A stretch of DNA of 64,000 nucleotides from the human T2T-CHM13v2.0 reference genome, Homo sapiens. Each line of letters starts with the position of its first letter. Position 1 is the stretch's first letter. Of the stretch, positions 38,728 through 64,000 are shown in pieces. The stretch lies in assembly GCF_009914755.1 (NCBI RefSeq), contig NC_060940.1; one strand, 5' to 3'. The translations under genes were made by a program, and so were the position numbers. The notes under the pieces were generated by a model, which saw only the letters and a program-made list of their open reading frames with translations, ran no database searches and was not told the DNA's origin.

Positions 38728-39827
38728 TTATTGCATGTAAATTAAAAAGAAAAATTTTCAATGTTGTAAAGTCTATTGATAAGGAGAAGCAGCATAGAAC
38801 AGTCATGTTACAAAGCAATCTGTACTTGTAAATATATGCACACAGACATATGTGAACAAATACGGAGACAGTGTTACACACAATGTGACTAGTGTTCATC
38901 TCTGATGAGTAAGATACTAGGACATGTGTTTTTTTCTTTTAACTTAGAGGTATTTTCTAATTTTTCTTAAATTGGTATTACTTGTGTGATTTCTTTAAGA
39001 AGTAATTTAAAAACAAGCAAATAAAAAAATAACTGCAAGCTGCTCTGGGAAGCCTTTCCTCATCCCTCCACAATAAACCTCTCCCTCTGCAGGCTTCCTG
39101 CTGTCTCCTCAAATCTCCTAACACTTGGCTGCCCTGTCCCCATAGTCAGCTCTTCCCTCTCCTGCTCGCTGTGCTAAGTGAGGAAGTGCAGTTTACCGCA
39201 CGGTGGGGCCTGTCTCCGGAATCGCGTCTAGCTGGCTCCCTGCTCTATCCCTCCCGAACAGACACTCAGGAAAATAGCTGAGTAATGACTGACCAACAGG
39301 GCATGAACAGGCATCTACGAAACAGTCATTAAACCATGTCCACAGGCAACTGGACACTATCCAAAGGTTGATAATTAATGTTCCATGTCAGCCTAAAACA
39401 TGGGCTCAGGTGAAGGGCCACTTAAGTTTCTAGAAATTATTTGGGAGAAAACATACAAAGCTGGTTTATCACTTGCCACATCTGTGAATAAGAGACTTCA
39501 GATTGCTAATATGTAAGGTAATAAGCTTCAAAATTATCCCAACATCAGCCAGACTGGTGCTGCGGATGGACTGTAACCCGTATAAATTTCAGGTTCAAAG
39601 ATTCAGCTACAGGAATATAGAGTAGGGAGAACAGACTTGATAAAAGCAGCCAAGTGAAAACAGACCTGGTGATTTTAGCTGACATCAGTCACACTGAGGC
39701 TAAACGCTTGTCAGTTAAGGATGAAGTAAAAGACTGTCATTTTTAGTGGGAAGTAGAGCTAAGCAGTCCCAAATCTTTTCTATAATGCTCTGTTTTCATA
39801 TTCACAGGCAGAAAAGTCTGTTCGCTA

Positions 39828-40359
<532 letters not shown>

Positions 40360-41814
40360 CTATTTGGCTATCAGACAATAAAAACAGACAACAAAAACAA
40401 ATTAGAAAGCTTCCAAGTATCATAAATTTGGAATTCCAGTTCCAGTTAATGAAGTAGGTACACTCCAGCCTGTCTGTCCCACTGAATGCTGCTATCAAAC
40501 TGGAAACAATGCACAGAGCAGCTATTTCAGGACACTGAAAAACAAATCAAAGTAGGCAGATGGTGAAGATGCCCAGAGTTCAAAGCACCACAGAACCAAC
40601 AGTCAGGCTCCTATTTTTCCTCCAGTGTTCCCCAGCTTAGACTCTAAGGAGCCTCAAACCCAGAAAAACCCAGAAAAGAGAGCCTGGTATAGATAGGGAG
40701 TCCAGGACAATCCTCTAGTTCTGGCCAGAAAAGTAGACAGGGGGATTTTCCTAACACTCATAGACATTGAACACAATCCTGGGTTTTATTTTCCTTTTAA
40801 CTTTTTTTTTCCTTCATTCTCACTTAGATTTCAGACCCCAGACAACCCTGAAGTGTCAGAGGCAATGCAGCAGCAGGAGGCTACAGATGTCCACAACAGA
40901 GGAGTCGACTCAGAGGAACCCGAGTTCTTAGGGCATGAGCGAACCCCCTTGCTTTCCCCTTCCCCTGTCCTCCCACCATGTGGCCTAGGACATGGACACA
41001 GCTGTGGAAACTGTTCAACAGAGTAGGGTAACTAAAGAACCAGCTTTTGGGACACAGACCCGAAAGAGGAGTTCTAAGGGCTGGAAAATACCAAGGAACT
41101 GGCAGAAAGAGGAAGCAAACCCATAAAGTTCTATAAACTCCTGTTTATAAATCAAAACACCAAGCCCATAAAGCTTATAAACTCCTGAGCTCACCCAAAG
41201 TTGTATATATATGTGTATCTGACCCTAAACAGTGCAGTAAAGACGTTGAGAATGAACTATGGGATAGCTCACCACCTAGGTCCCAGACTGACCACTGGGT
41301 GGCATATACCGAGCAAAGATTCAAATAGCATCACAAAGGCTTTGAAACAGAATTGATATTGAACCTTCAACCCACAGAAGACTGACCAGAACTTCTCACT
41401 TGAACCCAGCCAGGTTGATTGCTTTCGAAAACAAAACAAAAATCAACATTCTTCATAGGATTTAAACAAGACCAGAGTCCCATAACATAATAAACAAATG
41501 TCCACGATATAATTCTAAATTACTTGGCATACAAAGAACCAGGAAAATCTCAATTCATATGGAAAAAGACAATCAACAGATGCCAATGCCAAGATGACAC
41601 AGTTGTTGGAATTATCAGATTGTAAAGCAGCTATAATAAAATAACCCAAGATTAGCCAGGCATGGTGGTATACCCCTGCAGTCCCAGCTAATCAGGAGGC
41701 TGAAGCGGGAGGATTACTGGAGCCCAGGAGTTCAAGGTTACAGTGAGTGATGAGCTACCTTCTGCTATCCAGCCCATCCATTTTTATTTTGGATACTACG
41801 TTCTATGGTTCTAA

Positions 41815-42072
<258 letters not shown>

Positions 42073-42229
42073 TGATCCACCCACCTCGGCCTCCCAAAGT
42101 GCTGGGATCACAGGTGTGAGCCAACACACCCGGCCCATTTGCTTCTTTATATCTTCTATTTCTTAGCTGAGACTTTCTGTCTTTCTATTTGTTTAAAGAG
42201 TACGCATCCCTACTTCTTGGATTATTTTA

Positions 42230-44770
<2,541 letters not shown>

Positions 44771-45023
44771 AGAAGAAGACAAGCCACAGAGTTAAAATAT
44801 TTGCAACTCACGTATCTGACAAAAGTCTTGTATCCAAAGTATATAAAGAATTCTCAAAATTCAATAGTAAGAAAACAAACTGCCCAATAAAAATTACTTG
44901 AACAGGTTCTTCACCTAAGAGATGGCAAATAAGCACAAAATGCTTGATATCATTAGCCATTTTAGGGAAATGCAAAATAAAGCTATTATGAGATGCCACT
45001 ACACACCTATTAGAATGTTACAA

Positions 45024-45686
<663 letters not shown>

Positions 45687-45900
45687 TTATAAAGCAATGA
45701 ACTAGGGACCTGCTATGTACTACATTTCAGGTTGTGATATTAAATGACTCCATTTTCTTTGTAGAAATGTGTCGTCATATGTAATATCACACCTACATAC
45801 ATAAGATGCATTTACACACAGTTCAAAATGCATATCAGCTTCCCTTACATTACCTTTTGATATTAACATATGAACTTTACAAAGTTTAAAAAAGAAAAAA

Positions 45901-46627
<727 letters not shown>

Positions 46628-47763
46628 TGATTCTATACAAACTAAGTTCTGCTTATGGCCATTCTGATGCCTTGCTGGTGTTTTGTAGAGTTGCTATGAC
46701 CACAGAACTTATGGATTGTTTTTGGAAATATCTGTCCATGTTTTTGCTTTTTCTTTACTATTCTTAGAATATACTAAAATTTTTTGTTGATCCTAAAGTA
46801 AATATACATAATTTGATTTAACTCCTCATTTTTGGCATTTGGAATGTAATAAAATCTGGATAACTTTAAAGTGTCATAATATTATGAGTAAGATTTGAAT
46901 TGTTGAACTTGGAAATCTAGAATGTCATATATTTTAGGATCTCTGAGGAAAACAGATGACAACACTTCACTGTCCCTAAATAAGCTTTTGACTATTACCT
47001 TAAAATCACCATGAGTTTTGAAGAGTTGAGAAACTTGCTGGTATTTATTTCTTTATATTATTCCTAATAAAATTAATTTCTCATCTGCGTCAACAAAAAG
47101 AATATTACAACAGCTTTAAAAAAAAGGACTATGAAGGGCTAGCCAAGAGGCAGAGCGACTGGAACTCCCATGTACTGCTGGGAAGAATACAAAATGGTAT
47201 AGCTACGCTGGAAAACTGCTTAGCTGTTTCCTGTACAGTGAAACACGTACTCTATGACCCAGCAATTTCACTCCTGGGTATTAACCCCAGTGAGATAAAA
47301 ACCTACATTCACAGAAAAAAATGGTATGAATATTTACAGTAACTCCATTCATAATCACCAAAAGTTGCAAATAACTCAAATGCCCTTTAACAGGTGAATA
47401 AAGAAACTGTGGGACATGCCTACAATGGAAAACTACTCAGCAATGAAAAGGAATGACTATTCATAAAATACAACATGAATGAATATCAAATGCATTACAC
47501 TGAATGAAAGACAGTCTTAAAAGTACATACTTATGATTCCATTTCTGTGACATTCTGGAAATGACAAAACTATACTGATGAGAAACAGATGAGGTTGCCA
47601 AGAATTGGATGTAACTACAAAGAAAGGGAACGAGGAAGTTTTGTGGGTTGATGAAACTGTTGTTCAGTATCCTCATTATGGTAGTGGCTACACGAATATA
47701 TGTGCATGCTAAAACTCATAGTACTGTACACCAAAAAAAGTCAATTTACTACATGTTAATTAA

Positions 47764-49143
<1,380 letters not shown>

Positions 49144-50372
49144 TCATACCCTGAAGCAAACTGTGGTATGTGTAATAACCCATTTTTACAAGTATGCGCA
49201 TGGGAACAAAGTCCAAAACAATGTAGACCTAACTGTTAATGGGAGTCCTCTCTAGCTGAGGAGAACACCAGTATTTTTACTTTTTTCTCTATTTTTCTAC
49301 ATCAGTCTGACTTTTTAAAACAAGGGACACAAATTTTTTTGTAATCAGAGAGTAAGTTTTTGCCATTTTGGAAAATATTCAAGATAAAAAAACTGATATT
49401 TATATTACAGACAAATTTATGTATGACTTGACTGTAAGCTCCTTGACGTAAAGCAGCTTTGTAAGCCTCATACAGTACCAGATTCCCAAAAGACACTTCA
49501 CCAGATGTGCGGCTGGAGAATGAAGAATAGAAACAGGGAAGCCTTCTCAAAGAGAAGGGCTAACTTCGGGAGTCTCCAAATAGAGGGGAAGGAATCAGGC
49601 AAGCGGCACGGGTGGCTGGATGGAAGGAGACCTGTAAGTGATGGTGAAGAGGCCGAAGGCCTCCTGAGATGGAAACAAAGACGGGAGTGGGCCCAGGGGA
49701 GACAGAAAATTTGGAAGAGGTGTGAAGGAAAGGGTAGCACTCAGCAAAGACTTGTGATGGAGAGAACAACAATGGTTTCATAGGAAAACATCAGCGGGCT
49801 CACTGATCCCTTCTAGAACTAACCATTCCATTCTCATCCCTTATCTTCTCCTCCTCTCCCCTGAACCTCCAAGGAAAGTGACTCCAGACTGTTGCTTACA
49901 CAGCTTGTCATGCTCAGAATCCTTAGCACACAAGAGGAGTGGGCACCTGACCCAGGGGCACCAACCCACAGGCTGGCCAGGCACCTATAACTTGGCCTAG
50001 CTGGGAAAACTCTACCCAAATAGACCATCAGATGCCCTCTGGCATTCAGTGAAATTAGCAACATGATGAGAGGACAGACAGACCAGTAATGAATATTTCA
50101 AATATATAATCTCCAGCCTGGGTAACACAGGGAGACCCGGTCTCTACAAAAAAATATTTAAAAAAAAAAATTAGCCAGGAGTGGTGTGGTGGCACACACC
50201 TGTGGTCCCAGCTACTCAGGAGACTTACAGAGGATCACTTGGACCCGGCAGGTCGAGGATGTGGTGAGCCATGATCATGACTGCACTCCAGCCTGGGCAA
50301 CACAGTTAGACCGTGTCTCAAAATACACACACACACACGTATATATAATCTATCAGGATATATTTATAACAC

Positions 50373-50768
50373 ATATGTTGGTGCAAAAGTAATTGTAGTT
50401 TTTGTCATTAAAAGTAATGACCAGGCCGGGCACAGTGCCTCATGCCTGAAATCCCAGCACTTTGGGAGGCCGAGGCAGGTGGATAACTTGAGACCAGCCT
50501 GGCCAACATGGTGAAACACTGTCTCTACTAAAAATACAAAAAAAAAAAATTAGCTGGGTGTGGCAGTGTGCGCCTGTAATCCCAGCTTCTCAGTAGGCTG
50601 AAGCAGGAGAATCACTTGAACCCAGGAGACGGAGGTTGCAATAAGCCGAGATTGAGCCACTGCACTCCAGCCTGGGAGACAGATGGGAGGAGACACAGCA
50701 AGACTACGTCTCAAAAAAAAAAAAAAAACCTAATGACCAGAACCGTAATTACTTTTGCAACAACTTAT
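50373..50768. mobile_element. MADE1 (Hsmar1 mariner MITE) split by an Alu (50424-50730)
   Basis: TIR gttggtgcaaaagtaattgtagtttttgtcatt on the left and aaccgtaattacttttgcaacaac on the right. Alu TSD taatgacca at 50415-50423 and 50731-50739. Confidence 0.9.
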
Positions 50769-50929
50769 ATATATATAATATGTATATATTATTATATATA
50801 GGCTGATAATATAACCTATGTAATATATAAGTTAGTAACATATCTCAGAAAATGTAATACCTGCAACTCCACTAAACAATCTTTTATTATTCCTCTGATT
50901 CTTAAGGGTCACTTTTGAGTTACACTTTT

Positions 50930-51883
<954 letters not shown>

Positions 51884-52876
51884 TAACAGTGAAATGTGGT
51901 TTGTTCCACAGGGCCTCTTAATATGGCATTCCTTAAAGCAAGAGATTGTGTTTCCCACTGCAAACAAGCCAGACAGCAATGTTTTTTACATACTCCTTGC
52001 AGTTTACTTACTTTAAAACACAGTATTTTCCTCAGCCAGTGTTCTCTTCTTGGCAGTAACCAAACAGGGGATTGACATTTTATTGAGAACACCACCTTCC
52101 TTTGCATGTTTGCAACTTCCGCTCAGGTCCTGAAATAGTCTTGGTCGTGGGATTCTTTGAGGTCAATGGTGGCCAGTCCTTGGTTATCTGAGACAAAGTG
52201 CCATGTGCTGTCTTCCACAATGGGGCCATGGCCACTGCATTCCACCAGCCAGTTTTTGCCCCCAAGTTCTCAGAGCAAGGCAGCCAGTGCTCATCAGCCC
52301 CTGCCAGACAAGCTTGGTGGGCAGATCCCTCTCATGCCCAGTTGGCAGAGGAGGAAGCACTTGGTTGGCTTTAGGCTAGTGAGGCTAGCATGGAGCTAGG
52401 CAGAGCCAAGTTCTCTTTCAGATGCAGTTGGGTCACAGTCTGGTCTGCGAAGGGAGGACATAGGCCTTTGGGACCCAGGGGCCACAGGCTGCACTTGACC
52501 AGATAGATGGAAAAGCTGAGTCCCTTTGGATTCATGAGTCCCCAAGATTCCTGAGGCCCAGCTGCTTGGCCCTTCCAAGGCTCCCTCAAAGGCCTGGCTT
52601 ACTAGTGAGTCCTGCAGGAAACCCAAAGGAACCCAGGTATCTGCTCCTGGCAACTCAGGCCAACACTGCAGAGACAGGGACGGACATGGCCCAGGAGCAG
52701 CCCAGATGGTCACAAAGGCCCCTCGGTGCACACACCCAGACAGGGACAACTACAGCGGAAATTCTAACAGGTTATCTGCATTAGTCTCTACTGCCCATCA
52801 CACAACATCAACTGCTTGACAGATATGCTGATGGTAACTTAGGTTCTCAGTGGAAACTAATTTCCACTGGAATTAG

Positions 52877-53720
<844 letters not shown>

Positions 53721-55262
53721 TGAGACACAATGGTAGACTTTATTATTCATTAAAAAAAAAAAAAAAAAAAACCTGCAGGCCACCTACAGAACTCCATGGA
53801 GGCAAAGACACAAAGGAGAAGTTCTGCAGACCCCTGGCCCTGCTGGGCTCCCTGCGACCTAGCAGTTAGTCATTTCTTGTGGGCTTCACTCATTTAACCA
53901 GCCTGACAGTCCCTAGGCCCCCAACCCAAACCAACAGCTGAAGCTTTTCCAAAGCATCTAGTGAAGGTGAGACATGGACATGCACAGTGACTCCTCAGCC
54001 ATCTTTGAGCAACACACCACCAGCAACCACTTACCACCACCTCCACCAGCGCCACACACTGCAGGACCGAACAGCCGTGCAAATTATTTACACACGACAA
54101 GTGGGGGCCTGTTTCCCCAGTTCCAGCTCTAAAACCACACTATTTATTTTTTAAATACTTATTTTATTTTTTTAAGATAGGACCTCACTCTGTCACCCAG
54201 GCTGGAGTGCAGTGGTGCGATCATAGCTTGTAACCTCGTACTCCCAGTCTCCTCGTACTCTTCCCGCCTCTGCCACCCAAGGAACTGGAACTATAAGCAC
54301 ATGCCACCATGCCCAGCTAAAAAAAAAATAAATAAATCACACTCTAACGGGAATGTAGACAAATTTGCTGTCAAATTATCCTGTTCTCACTTTACTATCA
54401 TAGACAGTAAGGCAAAGTTATATCCAACACCAGGATTTTGTTGCAATACAAACTTTGGGGCTCTCAGTCAATTAATTGCCTGCCCCAGTACATTCACTTG
54501 GGCAATTGCCTGAGTTGGTTAAATACTTGCTCTTTACACAGAACATCACAAAGAGTTGATGTGTCATATACGGTCTTTCCTAAACTACTATTCCAAAAAA
54601 CGCCTAAGGCTCTTCATAATTCTGTCTCTCCCCATAACCATATAACGGACAAGAAAGATGATCACAAATCACAGAACTGTCCCACATCTTGCCTCACAGA
54701 AAGGATCAAACCTCCATCCCTATGGCAGCAAAAGTAAAGCATGGGGAAAGAATGCGACCCTGAGGCTCAGCTCCCAGGGCCACCAAACAACGGGGTAGCT
54801 ACAGGAAAGTCCCAACTTCTCTAGGGGTCAGATTCCTCACCTGTAAAACAAGGGAGGCGCACAATAACTTCACGATCCCTTAGAGTCTAAAACTCTTGAG
54901 TTTCTGACTGGAGCCACCTTGACCCTTCGTTATTGATTTATATCATGTATTCACCTTCAACATGAATTAGTTGTTTCTTTTCTTCCTTGATTTGGGACTT
55001 GTTCCAAACTTCCCAACACCATCAAACTGAACTTGGCTGAGCCGGCAAATGCTTACCAAGTGATCACCACTGTGAGCACTTTACAGAAGAAAACTGGGCC
55101 TCTGCCATGCAGATGTTTATAAACTTACTACAGTAGAACATAAGTATTCCTTATTATCCAAATCTGTTCAGAAAGCCAGTGCCCAGAGAGTCAGGGACAT
55201 ATGTAATGTAAAATAGTGCTTCATCGCAGGACACCAATCAGAACAGAGAAAAACCAGTGACA

Positions 55263-59135
<3,873 letters not shown>

Positions 59136-59271
59136 TTATGTCCTTTCCATCTCCACTGCCAAAAGACCAGTTAGTTAAGCCTTCTTTTCTCACTGGATCT
59201 ACTCAAAGTCTCTGACCAGGTCCTGCTGCAATAATCTCACCCTTCTCAAAGCCATTGCACACACCTTCTAA

Positions 59272-59992
<721 letters not shown>

Positions 59993-61340
59993 ATAACTGT
60001 TCCCCATCTCTTTTAGAAAAATCCAATTTCATCAGGCTAACAAATCGGCCCCTCACCAGCCTGGGTCCCCCTCATCTTGCCCCATTTGTCAAATCACTTG
60101 CCCTTCCCTTCCATACCTTTGCCTGGTGAACCACACTTGACTCACCTCTTACCACGCCTTTCTGGGCTGGACCCTAGCACCTGGGATATTCCTTTGCCAC
60201 AGGCACACCCTCCTTATTCCAGGCATTGGCCATTCAGCATCTTACAGCAATGTGCCCCTTTCCCAAATGGCCACAAGTGCTTCCTGCCAAGCCCACTATC
60301 GCCAGGCCTCTATCACAGCCCCTGGCTCAGGTGGTCCAATGGTTTGTGTACTTTTGTCTGCCCCACTCCAAACCCTTACTCCCAAGAGCTCTGGGAGCTC
60401 TTTGGAGGCAGAGATTTTTGTCTTATTTCTAATAGTACCTGGCCCACCCTAGGCACTCAAATGTATATAAAGTATGGATTTTTTAAAAAGGGGTGAATGA
60501 TAGCATTTTTACTGACATCTAGTTACTGATCTTGATTTAACTTTCAAGTTATTTAGCCAACACTTAATCTCAAGTTATACACATTTCTAGGGCTTGGCCT
60601 GAAAATGGGTGAAAGAAAGTAGACAAGCTGAGGAAGCAACTACCCCTGGAAGAGCCATTGTTTCTGGGTTGTTTTTCTTTTTTTTTTTCCACTGGCACAA
60701 AAATCTTTTAGCCTTAAACTGTTTTTCACAGTGGTGCTGGAATAAATGGGAAACCACAAAAATGAAGGCTTCCACTGCACCAGTCATCAAATCGCAGTGG
60801 CAGTAAAGAAAACATCCAGAACTATCCACACTTGATTAAACTTTGAACATTTTAAGTGTTTATTAACTCATTTAATTCTCAAACTTAACCATTCATTTGA
60901 AATTGTCAACAACAAAATGCTGGCTTAACAGTATTTCCCATAGCCTTCTCTAGCCTTCACTGAAGATCGCCAGCCTCCCTTTGCAGGCCTCATGGAACGG
61001 TTGTTCTTTTATTTTAATCAGAAAGCTTTAAAAAAAAAATCACTATGACCCTCAGCTTCAATGCCAGTTGTGACTTTTTCTTTGCCTGAAAAGTGTCTCT
61101 TGAAAGATACTTGCTTGACAGATACAAGCCTCTCTCTTTCTGAATGTGTTAATCAGAAAGCAGACAACTTCAATAATAATTACAGAATCCTGGTTTTCAT
61201 TTTACACTTTTCTAGGCAAAAAGATTGGCAAAGCCTCTTATGGTTTCCCCAACTTTTACAAAAATCTGTCTCCTAAGCAAAATCTTCTGTTTCCTAGTAG
61301 CAGTAGATAGTCTACTTAAAGTTAAAAAAAGAAAAAGTAA

Positions 61341-61873
<533 letters not shown>

Positions 61874-62469
61874 ATTTTTTTTCTTTTATTAAACAAACAC
61901 ATACATTCAACTGTCTATTCAACACCTATGTGCCAGACCCTGGTTTAGACACGGGATACAGCAGGGAACTTGAAAGCCAAGTCTTTGCTCTCATGGAGCT
62001 GACCTTCCAGCTGGATGGTCAATGCTCTGGAGGAGAATCAAGCAGGGTGACAGGGGTCAATAGTAAGGCAGAGTGGGGTGGGGGAGTGTTCTATTCCAGA
62101 TGTGGGGGGATAGGGAAGGTCTCTTTTGAGCGGGAACCAGAAGAACAGAGCCAAGTGGGAATCTCTCTGAGCCTATTCCGGTGCAGGAGGCTGCCTAATT
62201 TAAAAAATAAAAATAGCTAAGCGGGCATTTTCAGGAAGAGAGTGAGGGATGAGAGAATAAACCCTGAGTGCAAAGACGAAGGCAGGTGCATATTAATCAA
62301 AAGCTTACTGAAAGCTCCTGATCAACCTGAAGTAATCGGTATTATAAAATTCCAGCCAGAGGTAAGAAATTTTACCTCATTCTGCTTAATGTAAGCAGAA
62401 ATCTGCCTTATTCTGCTTACTGTGGTTTAGAGTATAGACTGTTTGAAATATAATTAGTACCCAGGCCCT

Positions 62470-62768
62470 CTTTTTTTCGTTTTTGAGACAGAATCTCCCT
62501 CTGTCGCCCAGGCTGGAGAGCAGTGGCATGATCTCGGCTTACTGAAACCTCCACCTCCCGGGGTTCAAGCAATTCTCCTGCCTCATCCTCCCGAGTAGCT
62601 GGGATTACAAGTACCCACCACCAAGCCTAGCTAATTTTTTTTGCATTTTTAGTAGAGACTGGGTTTTACTATGTTGGCCAGGCTGGTCTCAAACTCCTGA
62701 CCTCAAGTGATCTGCCTGCCTCAGCCTCCCAAAGTGCTGGGATTACAGGCATGAGCCACTGCACCCCT
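62470..62768 (-). mobile_element. AluS
   Basis: Antisense dimeric Alu; gccctcttt on both sides. Confidence 0.9.
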
Positions 62769-63934
62769 CAGCCCTCTTTCTCTCAATCCCCCATTACTAC
62801 CTTAATAAACTCTAGTGATCCCAGGACCCCACTCTGAAAACCAGTGATAGCCCCCATCTCGAGAAAAGGCCACACACGAGAGGCACTGCAATGAAGCCTG
62901 AACACCCCCCAACCCACTGCTTTAAGTTGAGAATTTTTCACAAAAATCCTCCCCCATCAAGAAGTTAAACTGTTTAAAAATAGGATAGTTTCCAAATACT
63001 TAAACAAGCAGTATCTTCTCCCCCAGGAGGTGTCACTTTCTGAGCTTGAGCCCTTCTACTTATTGGCCTCTTCTCCAGCCTGCTGCAGCCCTGCTCTAGA
63101 GCCCTGGACCACTTCAAACTGAGGTCAAAGTTTAAGTCAGCTGACAGGCCGAAGCCATCCCCCTGAGCAGGGGTTCCCTGCTCTCTTCCTCTCCACCTCT
63201 CCCAGTCTATATCCTTCCTCCTTCCTGGAGCCCTGAGGCTAATGAACCCAAATCCCATCTCATCTCACCCTGCATGTTACTTCTCTTGTACACACAGCCT
63301 GTTCTCCAGGAATCACCTTATTTTCCAAATAAAAATATCAGGGTATATTGTGAGCACACGGGTACTGTCACATGAATTGCTGTAATTTCAATGCTTAGAA
63401 TACTTCACAATTTATAGTAAAATAATTATTTAAAATTTAGGATTATACTTATATATGGTCTGATGAGGCAGCACAGGAAATTGAGACTGTCTGGGAAAAT
63501 TTATTATCTGTGATCCCTTCTGCTCTATTCTCTAATAAGTAACTTTATTTTCCAAAGGAATCCCATGTCATCCTGCAAAAGCATTTGGGGTTACTTCCAG
63601 AAACAAGGATGCGAGAGTCAGTGATAACAGCTATAGGCTGAAAACTCCATGCTGGTATTTCCAGGCTATTTCAATGGCTCAGGGAAGACTGCTGTGGGGG
63701 AAGAAAAAAAAAAATCAACCCCAGCTTCCAGACATACCTCAGTCCTTAATGGGGTAGGCCACACGTGTGGTGCAGCTCAAGTCTGTACAGCACGACTTTA
63801 GGCTGGAAAGAGCTCTCTCCCAGGCACCCAGGTATGCATTCATTCTACCGAGAGAGAAGCATCCTGACACACAGCCCTGTCCTTACCTCTAAGCATCCTT
63901 TGGAGTGCCATAACCTGGGAAAGATTCTTACTGA

Positions 63935-64000
63935 TTTCTTTTTTGTTTGTTTTTTGAGGTAGGGTCTCACTCTATTGCCCAGGCTGGAGTGCAGTGGTGC
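63935..64000 (-). mobile_element. Alu 3' end, cut by the window edge
   Basis: T-rich tail, then gggtctcactctattgcccaggctggagtgcagtggtgc. Confidence 0.88.

Noticed and set aside
52079-52269. Protein-like 48-codon minus-strand frame (ELGGKNWLVECSGHGPIVEDSTWHFVSDNQGLATIDLKESHDQDYFRT*) followed by AATAAA: possible alternative last exon or pseudogene fragment
   Set aside because: No ATG, only a weak GAG acceptor in a different frame, no poly(A) or TSD, and no protein I recognise. It could be an old LTR. BLASTX, Dfam and 3'-seq would be needed to revive it.
53752-53771. Isolated poly(A) run suggesting a retrocopy end
   Set aside because: No convincing TSD or recognisable upstream body.

Overview
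This window is primate, almost certainly human, genomic DNA covering the 3' part of CMTM4 (CKLF-like MARVEL transmembrane protein 4) on the minus strand. It holds three coding exons (14698-14874, 1699-1797, 353-517; phase-0 junctions, canonical GT-AG), the start of the 3'UTR (1-352) and more than 49 kb of intron 1. Exon 1 and the promoter lie beyond the right edge. The rest is very transposon-rich, with dozens of Alus, a full-length SVA with a TSD, a HERV-K(HML-2) LTR5 solo LTR with a TSD, MER21C- and MLT1-type LTRs, old L1M/L1PA fragments, MER5A/MER3/MER20/MER33/MADE1 DNA elements and microsatellites. Almost all ORFs in the supplied track are Alu, SVA or LTR artefacts. I found no new multi-gene system. 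The most notable structures read from the sequence are an apparent ancient L1 3' transduction with a 12-bp TSD (45012-47110), a micro-inversion in an L1 ORF1 revealed by a flipped TSD (41637-42229), a 24-nt orphan retro-insertion with poly(A) and TSD (5919-5977), a direct repeat bracketing the last coding exon, a stop codon overlapping a splice donor, a gene-sense LTR5 inverted against an SVA SINE-R, a tandemly duplicated Alu and an Alu-split MADE1. Repeat subfamily names come from recalled consensus sequences, and most repeat boundaries are approximate.
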